Positions 26,088 through 37,662 of a DNA stretch of 64,000 nucleotides are shown here, piece after piece. The notes beneath the pieces were generated by a model. That model made no database searches. It was given only the letters and a program-made list of their open reading frames with translations, and was not told the origin of the DNA. Made by a program: the position numbers and the translations under genes. Numbering within the stretch: position 1 is the stretch's first letter; the number at the start of each line of letters is the position of its first letter. Source of the stretch: Malacoraja senta (Eukaryota); contig CM075998.1 in the NCBI GenBank assembly GCA_038087875.1, positions 2,978,001 through 3,042,000 of the forward strand. The letters run 5' to 3'.

Positions 26088-29000
26088 CTAAACAATTGAG
26101 GGGGGGGGGGGGAAACAAAGTTACATCAGATTCAACTATGAAGGCTAGAAACCGTCACCATAACCCTGGCATTTTAGCATCCGTTCACTTTTGGACTGTG
26201 GCTTTAAAATTAGGGCTTGGAGTCATTTAGTCCTAAAGAAACCCCAAAACACCATTGAGCAGGCTGTTGACAGGTACATTTATTTCATATGATCAACAGG
26301 GCAGCGCTCAGCTGAATTGGGTTTGAGTTCTAATGTGGAAAAAAGACATAACCCGTGAAGCTTTCAACATTGTGGGCCTTGTGCCAGGTTTCTATCTATA
26401 CTTGGCTTGGGGCATAACTAGTTTTTGTGTATGTCCATATTACGGTTAGAATGTGGTCAGAATCCTTTGCTGTATCCAGCATGCTTAGCCTTTTTTTCTT
26501 TTTTTTTCTTCTTTTTTTTCCAATATCACAAGAACTTGAGACAGGCTTTGTTTTACTGTAGGCACATTCTTCTGCAGTCTTTAGCTTGATAAGGGATACA
26601 TTGGGTAATAATTAAAAGATTAAAAGAAGAACAAATACAGTTTTAGCACTGCTGGTTATGCACAGTACTTCAAATCCATCCTATTTAGCACAATGGTAAT
26701 GCCACACCACGCAATGGTGGGTGACTCTGATGGGATTTGGCTTTCCAGAAGGACTGCATAGTAGTCACTCTCAACAATACAAATCATGGATAATGCGCAT
26801 TCAACAGGTAAATGGATTGAGTACATTTTTCTTGTTTCATTTCTCTCACCACATACCAAAGGCCGAGTTTGGCAGTTGTTATTCAGAACTCTGTCAGCTC
26901 CACGAGTGCAAATAGTTCATGGAAAATTTGAAGTTACATACTGGAGATCTGGACTGGAGATCAAAATGGAAATCCATTGCCATGCTGACAAAGTTAGAAT
27001 TTTCTTCCACCTATCCCACCCATCTTCCCTACCCCAAAATAATCCCATAGGAATGAAGATGCCTTGCATTAGAGTGATAACTATAGTGCTTTCCAGTAAA
27101 ATGTTCTCAGGTACTTCCATACACAGAAGGCACAGGTCAACAAACACGAGAAAGCACTTGCTAGCATGCCCTCACTACTCACCTGCACATTTGGCAAAAA
27201 CATGGAGGTTCAAAAGGTGGAGCATAATGCGGAGATGATGGCCGGCTGAGGGTTAAATAAATAATGAACAGAGTTAGTCATAACTGTTGGAAGGGCCTTC
27301 CAGCAGTTGTTTGCTTGTGCTACTAGTACGTCAGCAGATCTGCCCAAGTTGTAAATAAATCCCCACTCTTGCAAAACCGAGGGAAAATATGTACAGTACG
27401 TTGTACAGATGAATTGTGCATTGCATCTTCCTCATTTTATGGAAACTGCATTAAAAACTTCCATTACCACCTATATAAAAAGAAACACGGCATGAATTTT
27501 TCATGCACTACTCTATAAGATGGTGTTAAAAAACAGATAAGTGCATTCATCTCTCAAGCACAGCCCTTCATTTAAGCTATTTTAGATGCATGAAGTCTTT
27601 GTACCAAAATAACAATTTTAGTGCTTGAAAACCTATTGTAAGTGTATTTAAATCTAAAATGAAGGAGCTACCAGTAACAGTAGTGGTCACACAATGTAGA
27701 TGTGTATTTTCTTCTCACAATCATATATTTTGAGAGAGTCTAAGGAATCTCAATTCAACATTTAAATAAAACATTCAGAATGTTGCTTTTGATTTTATAC
27801 GATCACTTGGAGCTGAAAGCAGGCACTTCACAGTGGTCTGGATTTTTTCCTGCAAACTGTACATTAAAAAGCGTGGTTTCAAAGCCAAAGGGTCCTTAGC
27901 AGAGTAAAATTTAGACATCAGTGAGCTGCCGCTTACATTGAAATCCTAATAAAGTTAACATGTGCATCATTGGTTATTCCTGATCTCTATTATTGCAGAT
28001 GGATATCATCCTAACCTGTACTGGTGGAAGTACATAGAGCACAAGAACAAAAGAGCAGCAAGATTTCATGATAAACAATACAACACTGTATCCACAGTGG
28101 ATACAATACATTTTCTTCGAATAAATGTCATGATTTATCTGTTTGAAAAGATTTAATGGTTCCAAATACTCCTGTAACACTTAATGGTCGGAGAGTATAT
28201 ATATATAGCACAAAATTATAAAGGTGGCAACTATGGACCACCTCCACACCATTGTGTAGAAGGCCTTTCTTAGCTCAGTTGCCATGTGAAACGGAGGTGT
28301 CCAAAATCACAGGCTGCAATTTTGACTTTTGAGGATCAGTTATAAGCTTGGTTAAGTACACATCTCCAGAATAGGAAAAACAGTACACAAAGGTAGATCA
28401 TTTGTTGCCTTATTCAGTTTTAATAATTTGTTCTGTTTGCAGATAAAAGTTGTTGAATAAAACAAAACTTTACATCACACACAAAAATGACAAGTTTGAT
28501 TATGCCAGCATATTACTGTGGAATTCACACTCTGAAATAAAGTGTACCATAAAACCAAACCATTGAAGGTCTTGAGCAGCAACGGAAATGTCAGTAGACT
28601 GATGACTACATTTTAATGGCACATCTCAGTTTCCAGTTGTACCTTTGGCAGATGAGCATACCAACCATGCTCTACTTCCTCCTCACAGTCCTTCCCTAAC
28701 TGCACCTCCTTAGTCTGACTTACTGTTGCCACGAAGACAAAAACCTACTTATTTCATTGCAAGAAACCTCCTGAAATGAGGCATTATATTACAATATTAA
28801 AGTTCCAGTTATACTTATCCTACCCCATGATATAATTTTGACGGTCACAACTAAATGTTCTTCAGTAGAATAAGACACATTGGATCACATAAGAGAAAAA
28901 AACGTAAGCAAGTGTGCCAGGAGCTGTGAATACCAACTACTTAAAATCACACAACATATTACAATGACTTTACGCAATCAATAAAGGTCTTATGCAAAAC

Positions 29001-29332
29001 ACTGCAGTTGAAATCTTTAACTGTACAAAGTCACACTGCCATTCAAATACATGAGTAACATTTATCAGCTTCCTCACATTGGTAAGTATTCGAATAAAAT
29101 CAACTTTTATGACCAGTAAGATATTGCAGATGCTGTAAATCTTACAGATAAACAGAAAATCCTGCAAATGCTCAAATAAAAACAGGCAGCAACCTTGCAT
29201 GGTCAACTACCTGAAAACTGCACTCACAATCTTTACGTTAACTTCCCACAAGTTTTTTTTTCTAATTTAAAATATATTATCAGATCCAAAATTGGCTTGG
29301 GCTATAGAAGATTTGGGGCAGTGGTAGAGGGG

Positions 29333-29581
29333 AGTTGGATTGGACACACCCTCAGAAAACCTGCCACAAACATCACCCGGCAAGCCCTGAAATGGAACCC
29401 CCAAGGAAAAAGGAAAAGAGGTCGCCCCAGGAACAGCTGGAAAAGAGGTGTCCAGACAGAAATGTCTGAGAGTGGGCACAACTGGGGAGATCTCAAAAGA
29501 ACTGCCAACAACCGAGTGAGGTGGAGGACATTTGTCAATGGCCTCTGCTCCCTAGAGGAGCAAAGGGCTTAAGAATAAGAA
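29333..29581 (+). mobile_element. RTE-clade LINE 3' fragment
   Basis: WIGHTLRK...RQALKWNPQGKRKRGRP...RVRWR C-terminus, TAAGAATAAGAA tail, TSD GTAGAGGGG at 29324-29332 and 29582-29590. Confidence 0.88.
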
Positions 29582-30307
29582 GTAGAGGGGTATTTTTCTT
29601 ATTGGAGGTCTGTAACTATGGTATTCTGCAAGGATCGGAGCTGGAACCTCTTGTTCCTAATGTACTGTAGATTACTGAAAAAGTAAGTGGCCTGATTAGC
29701 AAGTTTGTAGCCGACACAAAAATTCATGATGTTGTGGATAGTGAAGAAGGTTGTCAAAGGACCCGGCAAGATATAGATCAGGAGAAAGTTTGGGCAGAAT
29801 AGTGACAGATGAAGATTAATCCAGACAAGTATGAGGTATTCCATTTTGGGAGATCAAATGCAAGAAGTATACTGTAAATTGCAGGACTCTCTTGTGCCCT
29901 GATGTATACAGGGATCTAGGGGTGCAAGTCCATAGCTCCCCGAAAGTGGCGAAACCAGTGGATAGTGTGGTAAACGACGGCCATTTGTTTGTTAACAGTA
30001 CGATCACTGGTGCCACGCAGTAGACAGTGGTGTCGTGCTCATCCTCCAGCAGCAGGCATGGCTCACTCGCAACAGAGCCGGGATACCTGTCCCAAAAGCA
30101 AGCCGCCAAGCCCTGCCCTGCCCTGCTTGTCCCTAAGGGCCGGAGAAGAGTGGGAGAGACTATCCATGATCTCCAGAGATGCTGCCTGACCCGCTGAGTT
30201 ACTCTAGCACTTTGTCTTTTTGGGTGTGTCGCATTAAGGCAGAACGATTTGAATCGGCTAGGAAAGTAAGAAAGTTCTCCCTCAAAATATAATTTACTGA
30301 TACTTAC

Positions 30308-30364
30308 TGAATTTTCCCCACTTTGTCCAGTAGTTTACTGCGAATTATCTTAATCATTTCAAAA
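30308..30364 (-). CDS. rhebl1: Rheb-like GTPase exon 5 (FEMIKIIRSKLLDKVGKIQ)
   Basis: 57 nt, TTTACAG acceptor and GTAAGT donor, in frame. Confidence 0.93.
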
Positions 30365-30939
30365 CTGTAAAAACACCAAAGGACAGACATTAAGAGCAAA
30401 AGATTATAAAGTTATAAGAAACAGTTATACTATTCTACAAGTTAGTGCATAAAAACTTAAGTCCGCTCTCACCTCCCAAGGAACCCTCTTGCTCAAAATG
30501 CATTATTGTTCAATTTCCTCAAGTTAGTACTTACCCCAACTTTCCCTAAGTTAGTACTTGCTAGGTTATCTACGTGCATCAAAATTTAATCAATGGCAGA
30601 CTAGACCACAGAGAGATGTTTTGGCCCTGGTGGTGGGCAAAGAGAAGAGAGATCCTATTCTGGTTCAGTGATTCAACTCTGCAGATGCAATGATCACATT
30701 CTTTAATTTAAAAATTCCAAAGTAGCCAAGCTAAACCTTGATGGTAGTAAAGCCTCACCTTGCATCCAATTATACTTATTCATCACTATGCACACTAAAA
30801 TAACTAGTTTCTTTGGCTCTTCAATCAAATACCCAAGATCAATCTTTAAGCAATTTCATCTTATAATTGCTGTCAAATCACATCAGATATTAAAATTACT
30901 CCCATCGACTTCAGAATATTTTTAATCTCGTTTACTCAC

Positions 30940-31022
30940 CTCTTCATAGATGTTACAGAGTACACCAAAATATACCCATGAATGTTCACTGAGTGGGAGA
31001 AGCTGAAAATGGAATACTCATC
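30940..31022 (-). CDS. rhebl1: Rheb-like GTPase exon 4 (DEYSIFSFSHSVNIHGYILVYSVTSMKS)
   Basis: 83 nt, CTTTTAG acceptor and GTGAG donor, in frame. Confidence 0.95.
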
Positions 31023-31308
31023 CTAAAAGTTGAACAGGAAAAAAATAATGCTGGAGAACACAGAGCAGTACAGCATAAGAACAGGCCCTTTGGCCCACAA
31101 TGTCTGTGCTGAACACAAGAAGAAAGTGAAATACAAGTTACCAAAAGTAGCAAAGTGTCGTCAACTTAATATTTGGCAACACAAATGCGATACCAAAAAA
31201 GTCTGCAAAACAGTTAGTTAGTACAATATTCACAGTAAATCACATGACAGTTTTGAAACATTGTGCCACCCAAACTGTAAACCCATCTACAACACACAAA
31301 GACCTCAC

Positions 31309-31376
31309 CTGCCCAGCAGTATCTACTAGCTGCAGGTAGAACTCTTGCCCATCGAAGTTTATGGTTTTAGTAAATG
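31309..31376 (-). CDS. rhebl1: Rheb-like GTPase exon 3 (TFTKTINFDGQEFYLQLVDTAGQ)
   Basis: 68 nt, AG/GT boundaries. G3 box DTAGQ. Confidence 0.95.
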
Positions 31377-32710
31377 CTGCAAAAAAATGTTTTTAAAGAA
31401 GTCACATGAGCAGAATGTTTGCAATAATAAGTTCAATATTGCAGATGATAGCTACACTGTCCAATCAATAACTCAGCAAACAAGGTGCAGTATTTCAGTT
31501 AATGCTGACTCATAATCTCAATAATCCTAACAGGTGCTCTACTTCAGATGCATATTTCACCCCCCCCCCCCCCCATCCATAATCTTTTGAGCATTGAGCA
31601 AGATCCAGTATTTATGCTACATGTTGTTCCATTTATCGCCCGACAAGCAAGGTAACCACATTGATTCACAATCTCAATAATCCTTCCACATGTAGTATTT
31701 CAGCACAGCTGCCTCAAGAATCAATCAAATGCACATAAACAAAAAGAGAAGCAGCTCTGTTTCTAGGGAAACCAGCAGATTTCACTTACAGTGAAAGCAG
31801 CTTAGAAGAAATACACATTTATCTGATCAATTTGAAAATTGCAAAGCCAGCCTGACATCAGACCAGGATGTAACAGGCTTATATAACATGGTACTCAGTG
31901 CTACATCCACAAGCATTTAACAAGGTGAATTAGACATCAGTTGCAATCATTTTCCAGAAGATACAAGTTGTGCTTCAGTGGGCAGCCAAATGCAAACTAG
32001 GGGGAATGTCCATTGCAATTCTAAGAGTGCACTACACTGTCATCTTTTGGAAGAAAATTAAATCCCAGGTCATATGTTGCTCATATACTGTAGATATAAA
32101 AGGCCACAGAACTAGAAGAAGGAATTTTGCTGCTGCCCTGCTGCTAATGTTTATTCCTTAATCAACATGTAGAACAGATCACCATATTTCTAATGTGGAC
32201 AAAAATGGGCACAAGTCCAACAACTGCAACTACCCCCCCCCCAACAGGATTTGATTGCCTTTGAACACCTTTGTGAGTTGCACTGTTGAGAGATGTGCTG
32301 TAGGGAAGTTATTTTCAATCTCTCATACACAGCAAGTGTGTCGTCAAACAATATTTCATTACTTGTGCATCTTCTTGCTCAACATATGTGAAGTGTACTT
32401 TAAAAAAAAAGAAATGAAAAAAGTAACTTCAGTCCTAGAAATATCCCAGCAATCCTAAAGACCATAATGTTGACAACATGATCAGTTATGATGACCTGTT
32501 CTGTTATAGGAGACAAAAAAAAACAAACCCTTAAAGCTATTGATTGATCCATGTGGATGAAAGCAGTGTCCAACACATCAGGATCTGAAGGAGCAAAGAA
32601 TGTTCAAAGAAAAACCTGCCACTACACTCCTAATCACAGAGTTGACTTCAAATTTGCTCAGCCAGTTATGGCACCACTAATGATATTTACATATAAAAGA
32701 CCATACTCAC

Positions 32711-32782
32711 TATTCTCAATTGTAGGGTCGTAGCAATCCACGAAACGTCCATCCACAAATTGGACTGCCAGAGACGACTTTC
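32711..32782 (-). CDS. rhebl1: Rheb-like GTPase exon 2 (KSSLAVQFVDGRFVDCYDPTIEN)
   Basis: 72 nt, TTTGTAG acceptor and GTGAGT donor. Effector loop YDPTIEN. Confidence 0.95.
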
Positions 32783-33021
32783 CTACAAAGTTTAATTCAA
32801 AGCTAAGACATAATGAAAGATAAACAGCATTTGCCTTAATTCAAGGGGAAAAAAAATCTGTTGTAATATTGTTGGTCATTATCACGAAGGCACTTTTTTC
32901 AGGATTTAAAAAAAATTTAGACTTAAGATTTGCAATAACGGCTCACCTTTGTTTTGCATAGTTCCAGTACTTATCCCCCCCCCCCCCCTCCATCTCCCCA
33001 ATGCCCTCATTCATCTCCAAT

Positions 33022-33241
33022 AAACTGCAGATGCTTGTTTAGAAAAGATACAGTGCTGGAGTAACTCAGCGGGTTGGGCAGCATCTCTGGAGAACATGGA
33101 TAGGTAACATTTTGGATCAGTTACCTTCTTCAGACCGGAGAAGGGCGAGGACTGAAGAAGGGTCTCAACCCAAAAGGTCACCTATCCATATTCCCCAGAG
33201 ATACTGCCTGACCCACTGAATTACTCCAGCACTTTATGTCT
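33022..33241. mobile_element. Penelope-derived palindromic element in rhebl1 intron 1 (further copies near 36460, 39884, 41000, 42398, 44180, 46133, 48760, 49146, 50258, 55595, 57740, 63308)
   Basis: Inverted arms TGCTGGAGTAACTCAGCGGG...TTCTTCAG / CTGAAGAAGGGTCTC...TTACTCCAGCA. Confidence 0.8.
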
Positions 33242-34595
33242 TCATCATTGATCTCCTTCTTTACCTCTCTTCAAAACCAATAATCTAAAATTAACAGGCT
33301 TTCACCACCCTCACTCAGCTGGCGGCATCACCACCATTTGCATCAGTCTCTCCCATGGTTTCTACCCATCTCTCAACCCTCCTGCGACTTAAATCATACC
33401 AGTTTTCTTTTGCTGGGACTGTCAAAAGATTGATCCAAAATATGAACTTTGTTTGCCTTGCCGCAGGTGCTACCTGACCCGTGGATTTACAACATTTTGT
33501 GTTTTCAATCTCAGCTGCCCTACCCCGGTTGCTGAATGATCTTTAAAAATTTGCAGCCAAGGCAGACAAAATTGCAGAATATTCACTTTCTATTTACTTT
33601 GGTGTCTTGCAAGTCAACAGAAGCCAAGCCTAGAGACCCTGGGAGTGTTCAAGAACCAACAGTGGATGATGAGATTGCCAAGGTCAAGTTTTGAATGATG
33701 TAAAAATAGGATGTTAAAAATACTTCAGTAAATGAAAAAACAAATTACAAATGCCAGAAATGTGAAAAAGAAAATGCTGAAAACACTCAGCAGATCAAGC
33801 AGCATCCGTGGAGAAGAAAACCACCAAACAGGCTACAAAGTGAAGTCAGGCAATATCACTGGCAACATGTACTTCCCGAATGAGCTCAATGCATTTTATG
33901 TTCACTTTGAACAGGTCGGTGAAAGGACGTCACCTGCCCAGTTAGCCTTAGGATGTTTGGCATGTCTCCAACGACAGATGCACCATAGAAAGCATCCTAC
34001 CCGGCTGCATCACAGCTTGATTTAGGAACAGCTCTGTTCAAAACAACAAGAAATTACAGAGAATTGTGGATGTAGCTCAGTCTGTCACATGGACTTCCCA
34101 CCATCAACATATAGGATATAATTTCCTAGTTATTGTGAGTTCCACGTTATCCCCAAAGTTCTGCACGTTTAGTTTATTATTGTCACATGTACCGAGGTAA
34201 AGTGAAAAGCCTTTTGTTGCAGGCTATCATCAAAACGACTGTACACGATTACAATAAAAAACGTCCACAGTGTAGAGAAAGGGTACAACATTTAATGCAA
34301 GGAAAAGTCTGATAAAAGATAGTTCAAAGGTCTCCAATGAGGTAGACGAGAGGTCTGAAGTGCACTCTGGGGTAACCAGGGTGAGGCGGGTCATAACGTA
34401 TGCCGATTGCTTTGCTGAGAACTTAAGAACTTGAAGCTTTCGACATCTCCACTTCAACACCATCTTTGAGGTATGTGTACTGCTTTGAGGTATGTGTACT
34501 GCTTTTATTTTTAAAGTACATTTTGAATTCGTTTCCATTTCTTGAATACTGCACCACTGATATGATGGTTTGTGTGACAATGAACACAACACTTT

Positions 34596-34827
34596 ATAGA
34601 CAATAGACAATAGGTGCAGGAATAGGCCATTCGGCCCTTCGAGCCAGCCATTCAATGTGATCATGGCTGATCATCCCCAATCAGTACCCTGTTCCTGCCT
34701 TCTCCCCATAGTTCTGGACTCCCCCAACATCGGGAACATGTTTCCTGCCTCTAGCGTGTCAAACACTTAACAATCTTATATGTTTCAATGAGATACCCTC
34801 TCAACCTTCTAAACTCCAGAGTGTACA
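34596..34827 (-). mobile_element. CR1 LINE 3' fragment with internal deletion
   Basis: Reverse complement of the 50453 family, (TAGACAA)n tail. Confidence 0.85.
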
Positions 34828-35858
34828 GGGGTTTGGATTGGTTCTGGGATCTTTGTACTTGGATTCTAATGAACATTTTCATGGACCTTTGCTCCCATCT
34901 ACTGATTCAGGGAGGTCATTAGTGTTCTAGAATCTTTGGCTACTCTGGCATGATCAACATGGGAATTATTCATGTAAATAATTACATTTAATGTGAATAG
35001 GGAGCAAAAATAGAGCCACTGTTTTGCTTTATTTAGTTTGGTATATTATTGCCACTTGCATCAAGATACAGTGAAAGGCTTTTGTTTGTGTGTTAACCAA
35101 TTAAATCAGATAATACCCTATGAATACAATCAAGCCAAACACAAATACAACAGGTAGAGCAAAAAGAAAAGTACCACAGTGCAGAAAAGTGTGCAGCATT
35201 CTAGTGTTACGGTTACAGAGAAAATGTCTAATGTCCACAATGAGGTACGTTACAAGATTGGGAGTGCACCCTAGCTTCAGGAGAGAACCATTCAGAAATC
35301 TGATAAAAATGGAAAAAGTCATACCCAAGTCAGGGGTTATGGGGAGAAGGCAAAATAATGGGTTTGTGGGGGAAAGATAGATCAGCCATGATTGAATGGT
35401 GGAATAGACTTAATGGGCCGAATGTCCTAATTCTACTCCTATGACTTACGAACCACAGCAGCCAATTTGCCCACTGCAAACTCCCACAAATGGGAACGAG
35501 AGGGGAAAAAAACAGGTAAAAATATAAAACAAAATGCTGTTTTAAAACAGGGGAGGGGGGGGATGCCAAATAAAGGACATGCGTTTCCTTCCACTACTAA
35601 GACACATTCCCCTTATTTTCTTAATTTACCGTTAGCTGAGATGGGGAGGGGGGGGAATGGCAAAAAAATGTTAGCATGCAAGTGAACGAATGGGAAATGT
35701 TTGAATGTGAAGGCGGATAACTGAATGTCATGCCCAAATGAGGATTTACAAAATTTCAGTTTCATTAAATAGGAACAACGTCAGTGGAGAGTTGGAGAGA
35801 GAGCGGGAGGGAGGAGGAAGACCGGGAGACAAACGCCACAGAAAGTAAAGCCACTCAC

Positions 35859-35910
35859 CGACTGATCTGTACCCTAGCACCGCAATCTTCCGCGACTTCG
35901 CCGGAGCCAT
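35859..35910 (-). CDS. rhebl1: Rheb-like GTPase, coding exon 1 (MAPAKSRKIAVLGYRSVG)
   Basis: ATG at 35910. 52 nt followed by a GTGAG donor. Start of the Rheb-type P-loop GYRSVGKS. Exon size matches vertebrate RHEB/RHEBL1. Confidence 0.93.
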
Positions 35911-36303
35911 CTATTTAAATGTTTAGCCGGATGGGGGAGGAAGTCTATTTTTAAATCAATTTAAACAACCCGGTCTGGCGCTGGCCACGTGACGGCAACG
36001 CGTGTTTACAACCTGGAGAGCGGGAACCGAACGAGACGATCTCTTTTTCTTCACCGATTTATGTAACCGTCCACTGTCTCGTTAATCGCCCACGAGGGCG
36101 TCATTTTTAGTCATGTTATTTAGCTTCTCTCTTCACTCACGCTTACACACAGCAACAACAATAACAACAACAAACCCTTCACGCCATTTGCACGGAGCGG
36201 TACCTGTCCTGTCACTCACGACCGAGGCGCCGCCCCCTCTCCCCGGCTGCGCGCCCTCTCCTGGGCGGCTCGCGGCCGCGCTGCCCACCAGCTTCGTGTC
36301 GCC
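35911..36303 (-). promoter_or_regulatory. CpG-rich promoter / 5' UTR of rhebl1
   Basis: CpG-rich region directly upstream of the ATG. E-box GTCACGTGGC (minus strand) at 35984-35993 and GC boxes near 36227-36270. Confidence 0.7.
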
Positions 36304-36820
36304 GGCACGGTGGCGCAGCGGGTAGAGCTACCGCCTCACAGCGCCGGAGACCCGGGTTCGATCCTGACCACGGGTGCTGTCTGTACGGAGTTTGCACGTT
36401 CTCCCCGTGACCTGCGTGGGTTTTCTCCCGGTGCTGCGGTTTCCAAACACTTGTAGGTTAGTGCTGGAGTAACTCAGCGGGACAGGCAGCATCTCTTGAG
36501 AGAAGGAATGGGTAACGTTTCGGGTCGAGACCCATCACCATTTCTGAACCCGAAACGTCACCCATTCCTTCTCTCCCCTGTCCCGCTGAGTTACTCCAGC
36601 ATTTTGCGTCAATCTTAGGTTTAAACCAGCATCTGCACTTCCTTCCTGCAGGTTTATAGGTTAACTTATTATTTATTTTATGTAAAGCACTTTGGTTTCA
36701 ACACGAGTTGATTTAAAACGTGCTATATAAATAAAACGTACTTACTTACTTACTAATTGGCTTCGTGAAAATTGTCCCTGTTGTGTAAAATAGTGCTAGT
36801 GTACAGGGTGATCGCTGGTC
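36304..36820 (+). mobile_element. tRNA-derived V-SINE (HE1-like) with nested insertions
   Basis: A box TGGCGCAGCGG, B box GGTTCGATCC, V-domain GTTTGCACGTTCTCCCCGTG. Confidence 0.88.
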
Positions 36821-37174
36821 TTTAGTTTAGCTTTGGAGGTACAGTTAAGTTTATTGTCACGCGTGTGCCTCGAGTCAGTCTCCAAGCTTCACACTGACCA
36901 TTTCTCAGTTCAGTTTATTGTCACGTGTACCGAGGTACAGTGAAAAGGTTTTGTTGCATGGTAACCAGAGAGCGGAAAGACAATACATGATTACAATCGA
37001 GCCATTCATAGTGTACAGATACATGATAAGGGATGTATTTCTCCCGCACACCCCCTTTCATTTCCTCCCTTCCTCCTCATCCTCCCCTGTGCCCCACCAA
37101 GACTCATACCTATTTCGCCCCTCCTCCTCCATTCCTTTCTTTGACTTCACAAGTTGCAACTCTTCAAGTAAGTA

Positions 37175-37662
37175 AGTAAGTTTAAGTAAGTTTATTGGCC
37201 AAGTATTCACATACAAGGAATTTGCCTTGGTGCTCCGCCCACAAGTAACAACATGACATACAGTGACAGTTACGAATGACTCAGAAAACACTAAACATTA
37301 ATAATAATAAAACATTAATGATAAAACACCATTGATCAAGCATGTGAACCAACAAAATACCAGATCAAAAGGAGGCTACAGATTTTTGGATGTTGAGTAG
37401 AGCAACTACTCGTGGATAAAAAACTGTTTTTATGTCTGGCTGTGGCAGCTTTGACACTCCGGAGTCGCCTTCCAGAGGGAAGTGATTCAAAGAGTTTGTG
37501 GCCAAGGTGAGAGGGGTCGGAGATGATCTTAACCGCTCGCTTCCTGGTCCTTGCAGCGTACAGTTCATCAATGGAGGGAGGGTTGCAGCCAACAACCTTC
37601 TCTGCTGATCGGACGATTCGTTGCAGCCTCCAGGTGTCGTGCTTGGTGGCTGAGCCAAACCA
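37175..37662 (-). mobile_element. Rex1/Babar LINE 3' fragment
   Basis: VWFGSAT...LQRIVRSAEKVVG...DPSH.GHKLFESLPSGRRLRS peptide, AATAAA and (TTAC)n tail. Confidence 0.88.

Noticed and set aside
27281..27308. short hairpin AACTGTTGGAAGG/CCTTCCAGCAGTT as a miRNA precursor
   Set aside because: The stem is too short and almost loopless.
34464..34505. 19-bp direct duplications (also at 56629-56674)
   Set aside because: Ordinary local slippage.
36304..36375. tRNA gene
   Set aside because: The A/B boxes continue into the V-SINE body; it is a SINE head.
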